Below are positions 39,739-53,480 of a stretch of 64,000 nt of DNA, piece by piece. The notes under the pieces are model-generated. The model was not told where the DNA came from. It searched no databases and saw only the letters and a list, made by a program, of their open reading frames with translations. Within the stretch, counting starts at the first letter, position 1; each line of letters begins with the position of its first letter. The DNA comes from Azolla caroliniana (lineage: Eukaryota; Plantae; Polypodiophyta): the NCBI GenBank assembly GCA_043228905.1, contig JBHGNT010000015.1:12772001-12836000 (forward strand), read 5' to 3'. The position numbers and the translations under genes are program-made.

Positions 39739-42700
39739 GGGAGTATGTTATGTACACATAACGTTGGTGAGGGTAGGTCACTAATATTTACATTAGTGAA
39801 GGGTATGTTCACTATTATTAAAAAGGGGACTAATGATTGGATAGAATGAATGATATGTGCATGCACTATCATGATTTAGACAACCAATGAATAGAGAGCC
39901 TTTTAGAAAGGCACATCTATTCAAGGGGCCTAGGAAAAGGTATAAATATAAGGCTTAGCTACCCTCATAAGGATCATCACGTCGGAAGGCTGCTGTCGTA
40001 GACACCGGTGGTGCGGGCTAGGCTTTCGTCTCGACGATCGTGTTTATCTCTTCCAAGGTATTAGTCATCCTAATATCCGGCGGTATGGGACGTCGGTGGT
40101 AGGTTGGCTATGTCTAGATCATAGCTCGGGGGTGGTCGGGTGGAACGGGTTCTTCTATCCAATCTATTTTCTTCCTTTTTACTTGATTTGGTCTATTGAT
40201 TAGTAATAGACTCTTAACACCCCCCAAGGTACAAAGCCAGAATCGTGGTGAAGGGGTTCCAGCAGAAGAAGGGAGTGGACTTCGATGAGATATTTGCCCC
40301 GGTAGTGAAGATGACTTCCATCTGGACGGTGCTGAGTATAGCGGCAAGCATGGACCTCGAGGTAGAGCAACTAGACGTGAAGACGACATTCCTTCACGGC
40401 GATCTCGAAGAAGAGATCTACATGCAGCAACCGGAGGGATTTGTGAAGAAAGGGAAGGAGCACCTAGTGTGCCAGTTGAAGAAGAGCTTATACGGATTGA
40501 AACAAGCTCCCCGGCAATGGTACCAGAAGTTTGACTCCTTCATGACCGATCAAGGGTACCACAAGACGTAGGCCGATCACTGCGTATTTGTGAAGAAATT
40601 CGACGAAGGAGATTTCTTGATACTCCTATATCTGGATGATATGTTGATCGTCGAACGAGACCAAGGCAAGATCTGAATGCTAAAGACGGCTCTGAACCAG
40701 ACCTTCTCAATGAAAGACTTGGGTCCGGCAAGGTAGATATTGGGAGTACACATCATCCGGGATGAGTTCAAGAAACTATTGTGGTTGTCACATGAGAAGT
40801 ATGTGACAAAGGTGCTTCAGCGGTTCAACATGTCGGATGCAAAACCAGTCTGATCGACACTTCCTGCAAACTACATGCTATCCGGAAAACAGAGTCCGAG
40901 GACAAAGGCGGAGAAGGCGGATATGATGAAGATACCATATGCCTCTACCGTCGGGAGCTTAATGTACGCAATGGTGTGTACCCGACCGGATATCGGATAC
41001 GCAGTAGGAGTAGTGAGCCGGTTCATGAGCAATCCCGGCAGAGAGCATTGGAACGCGGTGAAGTGGATACTCTGGTACGTGAAAGGCACCTCAAGTATGT
41101 GCCTCTGATTCGGCTCCGGTAAACCCCAACTTGATGGTTTCACCGATTCGGATATGTCGGCTGATGTGGATACCAGCCGGTCAACATCCGGATATGTCAT
41201 GACATATGTACGGGGGGGCATTTCGTGGCAGTCAAGGCTACAGAAGACGGTTGTGTTGTCAACCACGGAAGCGGAGCACATGGCAGTTGTGGAAGCCGGC
41301 AAGGAAATATTATGGATGAAGGACTTCATCGGAGAGCTAGGGATCCGACAAGAGGAATACCGGCTCTACTGTGACAATCAAAGTGCCATCCACCTTACAA
41401 AGAATGTGGCATACCATTCCAGAATGAAGCACATCCAACGCAGGTACCACTAGATCCGGGAGCGAGTTGAAGATCGAGAGTTCGTGCTGACGAAGATCCG
41501 CACGAAGGAGAACGGGTCGAACATGTTGACCAAAGTGTTGACACCCGAAAGGCTGGACGCATGTCGGACACGGATCGGGCTGACGAAACATCCCATGTCG
41601 GAGTGAAGGGGGAGATTGTTGGGATTTCGGTCCGTCCGAATGGGATCGTGAGAACCGGATGATGAGTACCCGGCAAAGAAGACCTGGTGAGAACTGGATG
41701 ATGCAGGCCCGGTGAGAACCTCTCACTGAATGAAGGGACATATAGGTAAATATGTTTCTAAGAGCCCATTGGGGCTATTTTTGTAAATAGTCCTAATGTC
41801 ATATTAGTATAAATATGATCTAGGGCAGACACTTCTATTATGATGTTTTTGTCATTCTTTGTGTTGTGGTTGTAACTGCTGTATAGAGAGAGATACAGAG
41901 ATTTTCTCTGTTGTAACCGCCGCTAGGCGAAGAGTGTGAGCACGAGGTCGTTGCCTCTGTGCCCCCTGTTGTATTCTTTTGGCATAGTGATAGTTCGGAG
42001 CCTGTGGGCTCCCATGGTTTTTCCCACTCAGGGTTTTTTCACGTTAACATCTTGTGTACTATCTTGTTTACAGTGTGTGTGCATATACTTGTACTTACCC
42101 CTATTCCCATTCTCGGTGGGGTTTTTTATTCTAAACGACACGATCTGAGACTCGGTTGTGGCCAAGTAATATTCCGCGTATTTCTCGTCACTATGTAGAT
42201 GCTCCATCGCATCGAGGTGGACAGTACTTTGTGATGTTTATTGACGACTATAGTCGGAAGATATGGGCCTTCGTACTGAAGTCGAAGGATCAAGTATTGT
42301 TGGTTTTCAGGGAGTTCCAGGCTAGAGTTGAACGAGAGTCGAGTCAAAAGTTGAACGGTGGCGAATATAGAGGGCAATTTGAGGAATACTACAAGTGCCA
42401 AGGTATTCGGATCGAATACACAGTGCCAAAGACCCCAAAGTTGAATGGGCTTGTAGAGAGTTGGGCTGAGGCGATGTACACAATTGTTTATCTGATCAAC
42501 AGGTCTCCCTCAGTACCATTAAAGGGTGATGTTCCATAGAGAGTGTGGACAGGGAAGGATGTCTCCTACCAACACCTGAGGGTGTTTGGATGTTTAGTGT
42601 ATATGCATGTACCGAAGGATCAGAGGTCAAAGCTCGACAATAAGTCGAAAGCATGCATATTCATGGCATACTCGGAAGATGAGTTCATCTATAGGCTATG

Positions 42701-45013
42701 GGACCTAGTCGACAAGAAGGTAGTGAGAAGTTGGGATGTAGTCTTTCTAGAAGATAAGATGATTGAAGACTGGAAGCAACAAGAGTCAGATTTGACTCCC
42801 AGTCAACCTCGACTACCATCGACTTAAGGCCAAGTGAGTCATCACCGACAGCTGTAAGGAGACAACTGGATGACAGAGCCGAATCCGAGTCGATCGACTC
42901 AGAGAGACTGAATGACTATGAGTCAGAGTCGGCAGAGTTGTAAAGGTCAATTGATGAATATGAGTTGGAGTTGTCCAACCAGGAGAGGCCGATTGACAAG
43001 CAGAATCCTGAGCAAAGAGAAGAGTTGGTAGAGACATCCGAAAGAGAGCCAACAACGAGTGGAAGAAGATACCCACTCAGAGAGAGGAAAGCACCGACTA
43101 CATATGCCAGTCAATACATCCTCTTGGCTGATGAAGGTGAACCGAAGTGCTATGAAGAAGACATTGCCGACAAGCATAGAGAGAAATGGCTGAGTGCGAT
43201 GCAAGATGAGATGGAATCCTTGCACGAGAATTACACCTACGACCTAGTAGAGTTGCCGAAAGGTAAGAGAGCACTCAGGAATAAGTGGGTCTACAAGGTG
43301 AAGACTGGAGAAGCCGACAGTGAGCCCAGGTATAAAGCCCGCATAGTGGTGAAGGGTTTTCAACAGAAAAAGGGCGTCGACTTTGACGAAATATTCGCAC
43401 CAGTCGTGAAGATGACATCCATTCGAACTGTACTGAGCATAGCGGCCAGTATGGATCTGGAGATTGAATAGTTGGATGTCAAAACCGTATTTCTGCACGG
43501 GGAGCTAGAAGAAGAAATCTATATGCAGCAACCCGAAGGCTTTGAGGAGAAAGGGAAAGAGAATCTGGTGTGTCGACTGAAGAAAAGCTTGTATGGTCTG
43601 AAACAAGCTCCACGCCAATGGTACAAGAAGTTTGAGTCCTTCATGATGGAACATCGGTTCCAGAAAACACAGGTCGATCACTGTGTGTTCGTCAAGAGGT
43701 ACGAAGAAGGAGACTTCTTGATTCTCTTGTTATATGTTGATGACATGTTGATAATTGGTCAAGATACAAGGAAGATTGGAAGCTTGAAGAAAGCTCTCGG
43801 CAAATCGTTTGCCATGAAGAACCTTGGACCAGCTAAACAAATCTTGGGAATGCACATAGTTTGGGATAGAATTCAAAAGGTGCTAGGGTTGTCACAATAG
43901 AAGTATGTGACAAAGATCCTAGAGAGATTTAACATGTCTAATGCAAAGCCGTTCGGCTCAATGTTGCCGACAAACTACAAGTTAAATGCGAAGCTGTGCC
44001 TGAGAGGGGAGAAGGAGAAGGTCGAGATGAGGAAGGTACCATATGCCTCGGTTGTCGGCAGCCTAATGTATGCTATGGTCTATACGAGACCAGACATAGC
44101 ATTTGTTGTAGGAGTAGTAAGCCGATATATGAGTAATCCATGGAGAGAACACTGGGCAACAATGAAGTGGATACTCATGTACTTAAAGGGCACCTCAGGG
44201 GTGTGCCTAAGGTATGGTGTTAGAAAACCTGTGCTAGAAGGTTTTACTAATTCAGACATGTCGGGAGATGTCAACTCGAGCCGATCCACGTCAAGGTACG
44301 TGATGACCTATGCAGGGGGAGCAGTGTCATGGCAGTCATGACTACGGAAGTCTGTAGCCTTGTCGACTACAGAGGTAGTGTATATGGCAGCGGTAGAGGC
44401 CGGCAAAGAGCTAATTTGGATGAGAAATTTTCTCAACGAATTAGGGATGAAGCAAAAGGAGTTCTTGCTTCACTATGATAGCCAAAGCGCCATACACCTT
44501 GCCAAGAATGCTACATACCACTCCCAGACCAAGCACATACAGAGAAGGTATCACTGGTTGCGGGAGAGAGTTGAAGAAGGAGAGTTTTCTCTTGTGAAGA
44601 TCCATACTGACGACAATGGATCTGACATGCTCATGAAGAACCTACCTATGGACAGACTTAGAGTTTGTCGACAGAACACTGGATTGATTGACTCCCTCCC
44701 ACAGGAGTGAAGGGGAAGTTTGTTGGGAAAATGTCCCTCTAGTGGGAGGAGAATCCGACTGTCCAAAAGTTGCCGACAGTCGACGACTAAGGGAAGATCC
44801 GACTATTCGGAAAGCCGACAGTCGAAGAGTCGAAAACAGAGAGTCGACTGTTTAATAGTTCGACTACTATTATTATAGCAATAATAGTAATGATATGTAG
44901 CAGTGGCTACAATTGTAAATAGCCCGTACAATGTATTAGTATAAATACATTTAGGGCAAACGTGAAGATTGGTGTGCGTAGCGTGTATAGAGAGTGTAGA
45001 ACAAAAGTAGTGT

Positions 45014-46032
45014 TGTCGTGTGGTTTTTCACACACGATATGAAAACTAGTAAAACAATTATTTAAGATTAGCTTAATGTATTCATATGGAAAGATATATG
45101 TCTTCAAGAGCTTCATAACGTATTTTACTACGCATGAAACGGATAAACAAGTATCAAGTTATGTGAGTGTGAAGTTTGAAGGGGAAAAAAAAAAAAGACA
45201 AAACTGTGAGATGTCCCACATAGATAGGACAACATTGGAAACCAGGATATATAAGGGAAACCAAAACATATTTATGTACAATGTGTGGAGCACAGAATGT
45301 TCAAGGTGACTTGGGCTACATTGTGTGGTGTGGATGCTTTGGGCGTATGTGTGCACAACCACGTGGATGTTTTGAATGGGCGCGTGTGTGTGCGGACAAG
45401 AGCGTGGTTGCGTACACAGTGCGGTCGGGACACGTGCGCGTGCGTGGATGCGTACACTATGCGGTTGGGACTTCTTGCACGCGGATGCGTTTACGGTTTG
45501 GTTGCGAGCACGTACAGATTGCGCATGGGCTAAACTTTATGGATGATTAGGTCATTTGGCCGAATTATACGGACTGTCACATGCAACTAAAAATAGAAGC
45601 ATGCAACTAAAAATGGAAGCATGCAACTAAAAGTGGACATGCAAAGTAACATTGGGAAGGGGGATCAATAAAGAGCTCAATATATGTCCCATTTTTTCCC
45701 TTTAGCTTCTTTTTGTTCCCTTTCTTCTTCTCTCTCTCTTTCCTTGGGGGAAGAAATCTCTCATATTCATATTTGACCACTCCTTATATGGTTGTTGGCT
45801 CCTTTCTTTAAAAAAGTTTATCTCTCATTTTCATCTCCAACCCGTTGTAACAAGATTCTTGAATTATAAAATAATATATTTTTTTCTTATGCAATAAACA
45901 AACATTTTCTCTCATCTACTCGTCTTATATGTGAAATTTTCTTGTGTTGTACGTGGTGCACTAAATCCTTCTAGTCCAGAACCCCGGCAGTTCCGCCTCG
46001 CGATCCGCACATAGTGATGGATTTTCACGACA
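45014..46032. mobile_element. Solo LTR (1019 bp) inserted in the 3' LTR of Copia D
   Basis: Perfect inverted termini TGTCGTG...CACGACA and an imperfect 4-bp TSD GTGT/ATGT. The D LTR sequence resumes at 46037. An internal 20-bp repeat CATGCAACTAAAAATRGAAG occurs x3 at 45580. Confidence 0.85.
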
Positions 46033-46304
46033 ATGTGTGAGCGGTGAGTGAGATCGGCGCCATAGTTGTGTGCGTAACAGTAGATGCCAAGAGCCATGTG
46101 TGGCTGATACACTTGAAGAAGTATTGTAATCTCTCTGTTGTATATCCATTATACATAGTGAAGCTTTGTTCCCGTGGTTTTCTCCTGTTTAGGGTTTCCA
46201 CGTTAAATCTCTATGCACCATTGTTGTCTTGTTTTCTAGCATATCTATGATTCGTATTTCAGCACAGTTCGCTTATCATGATTTAACCGAACGATTTCTC
46301 AACA

Positions 46305-48119
46305 CAAATTGTTTCACTTGCAACTCTTGAAGCCGCTGGAAGTTGATGTGGTTGATCCGTTTGTGCCATAGGTCGATGTTCGATTCGACCTTTTGTGCCT
46401 TGGCAAACATCACAATGCCAACGTCATTTGTTTCGAGGATGAACATCCTCCCTTCCCGGCGCCCTTGCACGATGATCTGGCCTTCTTCTTTGATGAAGCA
46501 TCCTAGATAAGTGAACCAAACCTGCATTCCCTGGTCAACGATTTGACCAACTGACACCAAATTCTTGGTGATCATTGGGACGTGCAAGACGTTCCTCAAC
46601 CGTCCTTTCTGACCGACATGGCTCAAAGGGACGTCTCTAATATGCTCGATTGGATGAAAGGTGTCGTCCCCAATTTCGACAACCTCTGGTTGTTCCAGTT
46701 TTTCGAGATGTGAGAACCATTCTTCATGGTTCGTCGTGTGGTTGGACGCACCGGAATCCACGTACCACACCTTGTTCGGCTTTGAGGTGCTCATTTTCAT
46801 CGAATTGGCCTTGTGCTTCATCACAAAGGTTGGGCCTGTTTCGGCTCCCCTTAAGCCTTTGGCATAGTGCAATCACTACCGATTTTCCTGTTCAGCTCTA
46901 CTTGATCCAGATTTTTCTGAATCGGCTTTCTCCTTCCAACACTCGCTTTCTTTGTGGCCTTTCCGGCCACAATACCAATAGTTAGTGGATTTGTTTTGCC
47001 TGTCTTCGGCTCCACCCTGACTCCCCCTACTTGTGGAGGGTCCACTACTATCAACACCACCTATGTGCCTCCGGTTCTGCTCTTGTCAACCGCTACCATT
47101 GCGTGCTGATCCACCTCGTCCTCCATGACCATGGGGCCGATCCGCCTATGTGTACAACATTTGACCATCAGAGTGTGTGTTTCTTGATGCATCTGTTTGG
47201 TTTTCTTCAACTAGAAGCATCGATTCCAGGTCGACGAAGGTCGGAGGTTTCTCCCTCGTGCAAATTGTTGTTCTAATCGGCCCATACTTTTGCACTAGAC
47301 GACCAAGGCAGATATGTACCATTTCATCATCGTCCACTGTCACATTGAAGTACCCCAAGGCATCACAGATTTCCTTGATATTCGTGGTGTTGTCGGTCAT
47401 CGTCATATCCATTTGTCGGATATTGTTGAGTTGTTGACATAGCTGCAACTTGTGGGCCGTGGACCTCACGACGAAAATCTTCTTCAGATTTTCCCAGGCC
47501 TCCTTTGGCATCTTTGCATTTGGAATGTAGCCCAACATCTAGTCGTGCACACAAGATGCAAGGCAGTACAAGTTCTACTTGTTGCCTGCTCCCACGCCAG
47601 AAAATCCTTGTGTGTTGACTCTGACATTACCTCATTTTCTCCATGGATGTAACTCCAGTAGCCATGCCCGAGCAGGTACTGGTGCATCTTGTATTCCCAC
47701 AATGCATAGTTGCTCCTTTCCAACTACTCTATTGGAAGCGCACCACCCTTTCCTCTGTCCATTTTTCTTGTATGTACTTGTCTGGGGATTAAGAGTGTTG
47801 AGAGATCAAGCTCAATTTAGTTTAGTTAGTTAGTCAACCATGTAACTCTGTAGTTACCTAGATAGAATCTAGTTAGAAGTGTTGACTATAACGACTTAAA
47901 TAGGACCTTATACTTAAGTAGGATATTCTAGATCCTCCACTCCCAAGGTCATTTAATATAGGACTTACACAGTTGTACCTATATTCTCCTCACACATGTG
48001 CACCCTTGCACATGAGATCTATATATATCGCATTGATGGTATTTTTGTATTTGATGATGATGATGTTAATGCTAGTTTAATATAGTTACTCATCCCCCAT
48101 CTTGTGTTGTTCATAAGTG

Positions 48120-48196
<77 letters not shown>

Positions 48197-48345
48197 TATC
48201 ACATAATCTTCCGCTTAACTTAATCACATAATTAGGCACTAATTAACCCATACTTAATTACTTACCTAATTCTTAACAAAGAGCTTGTCTATGCTGAAGC
48301 GCTTGTCCGCAGTAGAGGATTCTCATGCCTCGCACTCTGATACCA
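46305..48345 (-). mobile_element. Copia E, 5' part (PBS, gag, protease, GAG-pre-integrase); its LTR probably begins at 48346
   Basis: PBS TGGTATCAGAG on the minus strand (48335-48345), gag NYALWEYKMHQYL, WYVDSGASNH and LWHKRINHINFQ. Confidence 0.85.
47796..48278 (+). mobile_element. Solo LTR of the Copia C family
   Basis: TGTTGAG...TTAACA with a perfect TSD AAGAG. Homologous to 17079-17534 and carries a long (CT)n at about 48123-48185. Confidence 0.92.
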
Positions 48346-51300
48346 TGTAAAGATTAGTGTGGAACCTAAAACAGAACACAATCGGCTCTAAGAGAAGTGT
48401 AAGAAAGAGGAAATTGGTTCAACAATTCAAACATAGGTTAAATGGTAAGAATCAAGCATAATTAGAATAACTAAGGCAAGAGTTTGATGCCCATTGTAAG
48501 GATCATAGAAAGAAATGTGCTTTACAAAAGAGATAAGAAATGCACGCAATACATATGAAAATAATGACGCATATTTTGGCAAAAGTCAAGTATCATCTAG
48601 GGACAAGTGGTGATGTGTGACAATAAGGAAAATTTCTATTTTTATTTTGCAACATTGCACTTGAAAGCTATAAAAGGAGGAACTAGAGACCTCATGGTGG
48701 GGAATGGTCATTTAGGGAAATTGGATATCTAGATTTAGATGATTAATGGATTATTGAATCACGAAGGTACATGAGAGACTAATACGACTACCAAGGCGAC
48801 ATGCCATTGATCAAAGACTTTCCACACAAACTTCAAAGATATTTTTCCATAATCTTTATCTTTCCCACACTATGTAAAGGGGTTGATCATTGTAAAAATT
48901 GATTGCATTTTGATTTCAATCCTTTCTAAATTTCTAGTAAACCAAGGATAAATAATTCATCCTTAAACATTAAAATTTATGTATTTTGGAGGAATTATAA
49001 TTTATCTTCCTTGCAATTCAAGGTTAAACAAGAGTTGTTAACTTTTGGCTCAAAAATATGAGTATCAAATGCTTAGTGCTACACTCAAAAATCATTTATG
49101 CTTAGGAGGGATAGGATTTTTATACATCCAACTTATTGGTGCACTATTGTCGAGTTGTTTCCAAGAGGATTGCAACCAAATTTTTGGTATGAGGTTTGAA
49201 GGATTTTTTGTGCATTTCATAAAGTGTATAACATTATTTCATAAAATTTTATTGAATGGTTAATCCAATGTATGAATAAACATGAATTTCTTGTTATAAA
49301 ACCAAGGATAACCCAATATCATATAAATGGATATTAATTTTGTCACATAAAACTCAAGCCTTTCTACACGAGGAATCGATATATCAATAATGAATTACTT
49401 GCATCATGGATTATATTGTATTCTTGTATCTGCTAGGTAAAATTTATAAGTGTAGTGACTTATGTTTTCTTGAAGTCTCAACATTTGTACCAATTGATTA
49501 TAAATAAATTTGTGGGAGCCACTTGGTAAGTGAAATTTATAAGTTTTATCACCGATATCTCCTCAAAGCCTCAACATCTCTACCAAGTGATTATAAATAA
49601 AATAGTATGAGTCACCCATATCAAACAACTAATGCATTGGAGATCCATTGTTTTAACTTAATGCTCATAGCAAATCATTTAGTCTCAGTAAATGTTTAGA
49701 AAAATAACATGGGTGACAATTGCGTAAATTTTGAGTTTGAACCTCAACATTATCAAGGAATGGACCGTTATCATCAAAAGTTTGACCATTTTCCTCTTGA
49801 GGTGTAAAAGTTCTTTATTTCTCAAGGGATTTTCTTTTTGGTGCCCTTTATTACATTATGCACATGAAAGGAGAATGTGGTTAGTGTTTTGACCAAACTC
49901 ATCATTGGGTTTCATACGTTTCCCTTTGAAATGATTCTTAGTTTAGTTCTGGTAACTAGGGCTTATTATGAGCTTTCTAATTGCACGTTCTAGGATCTTT
50001 ATCATGCACTATCCCACATATAGTCTGAATTCGGAACACCATTTAGGAAATAAACAATGAAATATGTTCGCCATAAAGGTGTGAATTTTGAATTTGTGTT
50101 CGAGTGTGATCAAGAGAAACTACAAGGGAACCAAATGACCTATTAGAGACATTCATTATGTTTTGTGTTGCTTCCATTCGAGAAGGTGGCTATCGAAATC
50201 ATTATCTAAAAATGTCAACAAAGTTATCCCATGTATGGGGTTGTTTCTTCTTGGCATGAAAACTGCATCATCAAGTTGCAACTTTACCACCTAAATCAAG
50301 GACAACATTTGCAATTTTTGTACTATTAAGGTTAGGTTGAAGCTCATAATGAGACTCCCAATGACCAGCAAACTACAAATTGCTCTCTCAATTCTTTCTT
50401 TTCGCCTTTAACCTTCTCTCAACATCTGTTTCCATATTGGCAACATGGGATTTGATAATATCTTGAGGTTTTGAAAGTTTGGTAAGCACAAGTCATTGAT
50501 GGATGCAATACGAAGACTTTTCCACTAAATGATAGCTTTCTCACCTAACTAAAAAACGACATGCACAATTTCATGCTATCAAGTTTAGGGGCAAACTCAA
50601 ATTGAGACTTCAAATGCACCAACAAAATGCAATTTGCTATTTACTTTCTTTATTTTCATCTTGAAATGGCTTTACATCATGAAAAGTTCCCCATTTTGGT
50701 CATCCTTTGTCTTGACATCCATTTGCTCTGTTGGCAACATGGGATTTTAGAAGATCATTAGATTTTCAGAGTTATCAAAATTTGTTTAAAGTTATACGCA
50801 TCAAGTCTTGTAATTGATGGAAGTAAATTTCAAGCAAGGGGATGGATGAAGTAGAATGTAGGGTCAACTCCTTGAGTCAAGGTTCCACGATTTTATACAA
50901 AGTATAAGCCAGGTAAATGACTAAAAAATGTATTTGGCAATTGTAAATGAATTAATCATGAAATTAATTTTACAAAAGCAATCTCAAAACAATCACAAAA
51001 TAAGTATTCAGATAACTAATGGCAAAATAGATAAGGAAATTCCTAACATTAATACCACTTGAATCCTATGAGATGGTGTTTAAGATTATGTTATTATGGT
51101 AACACAATTGGTATTTTAAAAACCACAAGGGCAACATAATATTCAATATAATTCCCTTATCTCTATTTTGGTGATGTTTGGTGACTCCTTAAGCCTCAAC
51201 CATTTTTGTTCACCATAAAAAAAAAATTGCACTATAATGGCAAAACAAATACACCTAATTGGTTCCTACCTAGATCGAGTCTTACACTTAGTTTAATACC

Positions 51301-51480
51301 TTAAACCATAACTAAATTACGAAGTCTTAATTAATGTTCTCAAAACTAATTACTTACTTAATTGAGAAATCCATAAGAAATCTATACAATGTGAAGACAT
51401 TATCTATTATTCATTGATAGAAGCGAACCATGCTCAATGCAAAGTGAAACTTAAATACCTCGGATAGAAGCTTAAGATAT

Positions 51481-51532
51481 GAGCTCTTAACCTAGGGTGA
51501 GGATCAGAGCTCTTAACCTAGGGTGAGGATCA
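51481..51532. repeat. 26-bp perfect tandem duplication
   Basis: GAGCTCTTAACCTAGGGTGAGGATCA x2. Confidence 0.9.
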
Positions 51533-52149
51533 AAGCTTAATGAAGGCAAGAGAGAAAGAGATAAGATGAAGACTCTTATCTCGAGATGAAAAAGTAAGGG
51601 AGAACCAAAAGTGACCTTAATTGTCTCTTGTTTTTTGTCATTTGCCCCTTTTTCCAACTTTTCTTGCTTCAAAACTTGTCTTTGGAATCAATGCCAATGC
51701 CACATAGTTAAAAGGCATGAGAAGTGAAATGTACGACAAGTCCTTATCGCTTAATATGGAAAACCTTAACTACACTCAGACCATCAAAGTGCCATCTCAA
51801 AATTATATTGAAATTACCAAAGCCTATTTGATTGGCCATTGAATGTGTACGCATTTGCAAGGGTAATTCAGCTAGGTTATTTTTTGTACTATAAGATGTA
51901 ATTCACTTCTAGAAATAACATTTGTTTTTTGCTCAAAACATCAAAATTAGAGGTCCATGGTTTATCTATAGAGAAATACATGTATAGACCATTGATTTTT
52001 CAATATCCATGTGTCTACTTTATGGGCACGATAGAGTATTAGCATAATGGTAAATGCACACATTTGGTGTGGTGATGTTATCTTATGACATCATCATGTT
52101 TGCAGATAGACATCATATTGTGTTTTTTCGGTTTCTCCTTTCTAATCAC

Positions 52150-53005
52150 TTCATTACGGAAGGTTGGAGCATTTTTATTCTTAGCATTACCTTTTATTTA
52201 AGAAGGTAATGGTGTGGCTTATCTCTATTTGCATTGTGGAGATGCACAATGTCATGATTCTAAGCCCTTTATTTAGGAACAAACCTATTGCTTGAGTTTT
52301 GAAACCGAAAAGCTTCGTGTCATAAAGCACAAACTTTAACATTTTGGGATCGTGTTACAAAATTCATAGTAAGGTGGTTAACTTAAAGTCAATGAATAAA
52401 GAAGGTCTTGTAGGAAATGTTTTGTAAAACCATGTGGTGTTTAGGGCCAAATTGCTAATGAAATATATGAAGCGTTTTGTAATGAACATAAGCCAAACCC
52501 ATTGTTCCAACATATAAAGTGCTCTTTGCAGTGCGTAAAAGGCAATGTCATTACATTGTGCTATAGCACATAAGATTTTGTTTAGCATTTTCTTATTCGT
52601 AGGTTCTAGAAAGTGAATTGTAAAGAGATATTTTGATGAGCAAACTATTACCAAAAGCTTTGGCACAATGTGTTCACATAAGAGGTCTTATAACAACTAA
52701 ACAACGATGTAACATGCCCACTAATGAGGAGGAGCGAATCATTCACACTAGTAATAAGGGATCTACATAAAAGAGATGAGGGTTATGTCCTTAGATTGTG
52801 CATGCTTCATCATGACATTTTAGTGCTGATGTGACCTAAAGTATGTATGTGATGGCTAGCGCTTTTCAAAGACAAACAAACATGTGAAATAGTGAAATAG
52901 TGTGACCAATGTCAAAGGCATAAGAATGCAATCTAAGACGATTTCAATCTTTTTACTGTTGGTGTAGTTTCGGTAGCCTTTTGAAAAATGGGGAATCGAC
53001 TTTTG
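52150..53005 (+). pseudogene. Highly decayed Gypsy RNase H/integrase remnant
   Basis: TGTGACCAATGTCAAAGG (CDQCQR) and CCTTTTGAAAAATGGGGAATCGAC (PFEKWGID). Boundaries are approximate. Confidence 0.5.
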
Positions 53006-53242
53006 GTGTAGGAGCTAAGGGAATCTGAGTTCAATAAATGTTTAAACAACAATTCCTTTAGATCTAATTAGAATGAGGGTGTTGGAAGTAGGAGGGCAAA
53101 GGTATATGCGAGATTGTATTCTCATCGACCATGCTTTAGAGGATGTAATGTGTTGTTATTTGGATCGTTTCTAGTTGGACATTCATTGGATATCTACTTT
53201 AGCTTGTAAATAAGGTCTTCGTTCGTATTGTATTCAAGACGG

Positions 53243-53480
53243 ATATGCATAGATTGTGTGCTACAACATGTAAGGGAGCGTGTTTCAGATTATCGTGCAG
53301 GGCAGACAACCCAAATGGGCAGATACATGCATAGATTGTGTGTGCTATATCATGTAAGGGAGTGTTTCGGGTTGTCGTGCAGGGTGGACAACCCAAATGG
53401 ACAAATATGCATAGATTGTGTGCTATCGCATGTAAGGGAGTGTGTTTCCGATTGTCGTGCAGGGCAAACAACCCAAATGG
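53243..53480. repeat. ~81-bp tandem repeat x3 upstream of LDH
   Basis: ATGCATAGATTGTGTG at 53245, 53327 and 53407. Each unit ends ACAACCCAAATGG. Confidence 0.9.

Larger units (their letters stand above)
32942..40219 (+). mobile_element. Gypsy H, intact chromovirus, very recent insertion; nested in F
   Basis: 474-bp LTRs 32942-33415 and 39746-40219 differ at one site (G33146/A39950). TSD CCCCC, PBS TGGTATCAGAGC at 33417 and PPT GAAGTAGGGGAG. Confidence 0.97.
19618..42190 (+). mobile_element. Copia F, full-length, nested in D
   Basis: LTRs 19618-20199 and 41617-42190, PBS TGGTATCAGAGC at 20203, PPT GGAGTGAAGGGGGAG and perfect TSD CTATG. Coding pieces lie at 20229-21053, 31141-32941 and 40220-41606. 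Confidence 0.95.
17538..46304 (+). mobile_element. Copia D, full-length, host of nested insertions
   Basis: 5' LTR 17538-18102 and PBS TGGTATCAGAGC at 18106. Internal pieces 18103-19617 (gag, protease WVTDSGASFH) and 42191-44720 (integrase, RT LYVDDML, RNase H). PPT GGAGTGAAGGGGAAG, 3' LTR 44721-46304 (interrupted) and TSD CAAAT on both sides. Confidence 0.95.

Noticed and set aside
48346-52100. AT-rich region with possible TE relics and the rest of the Copia E LTR
   Set aside because: I could not place boundaries or reliable motifs.
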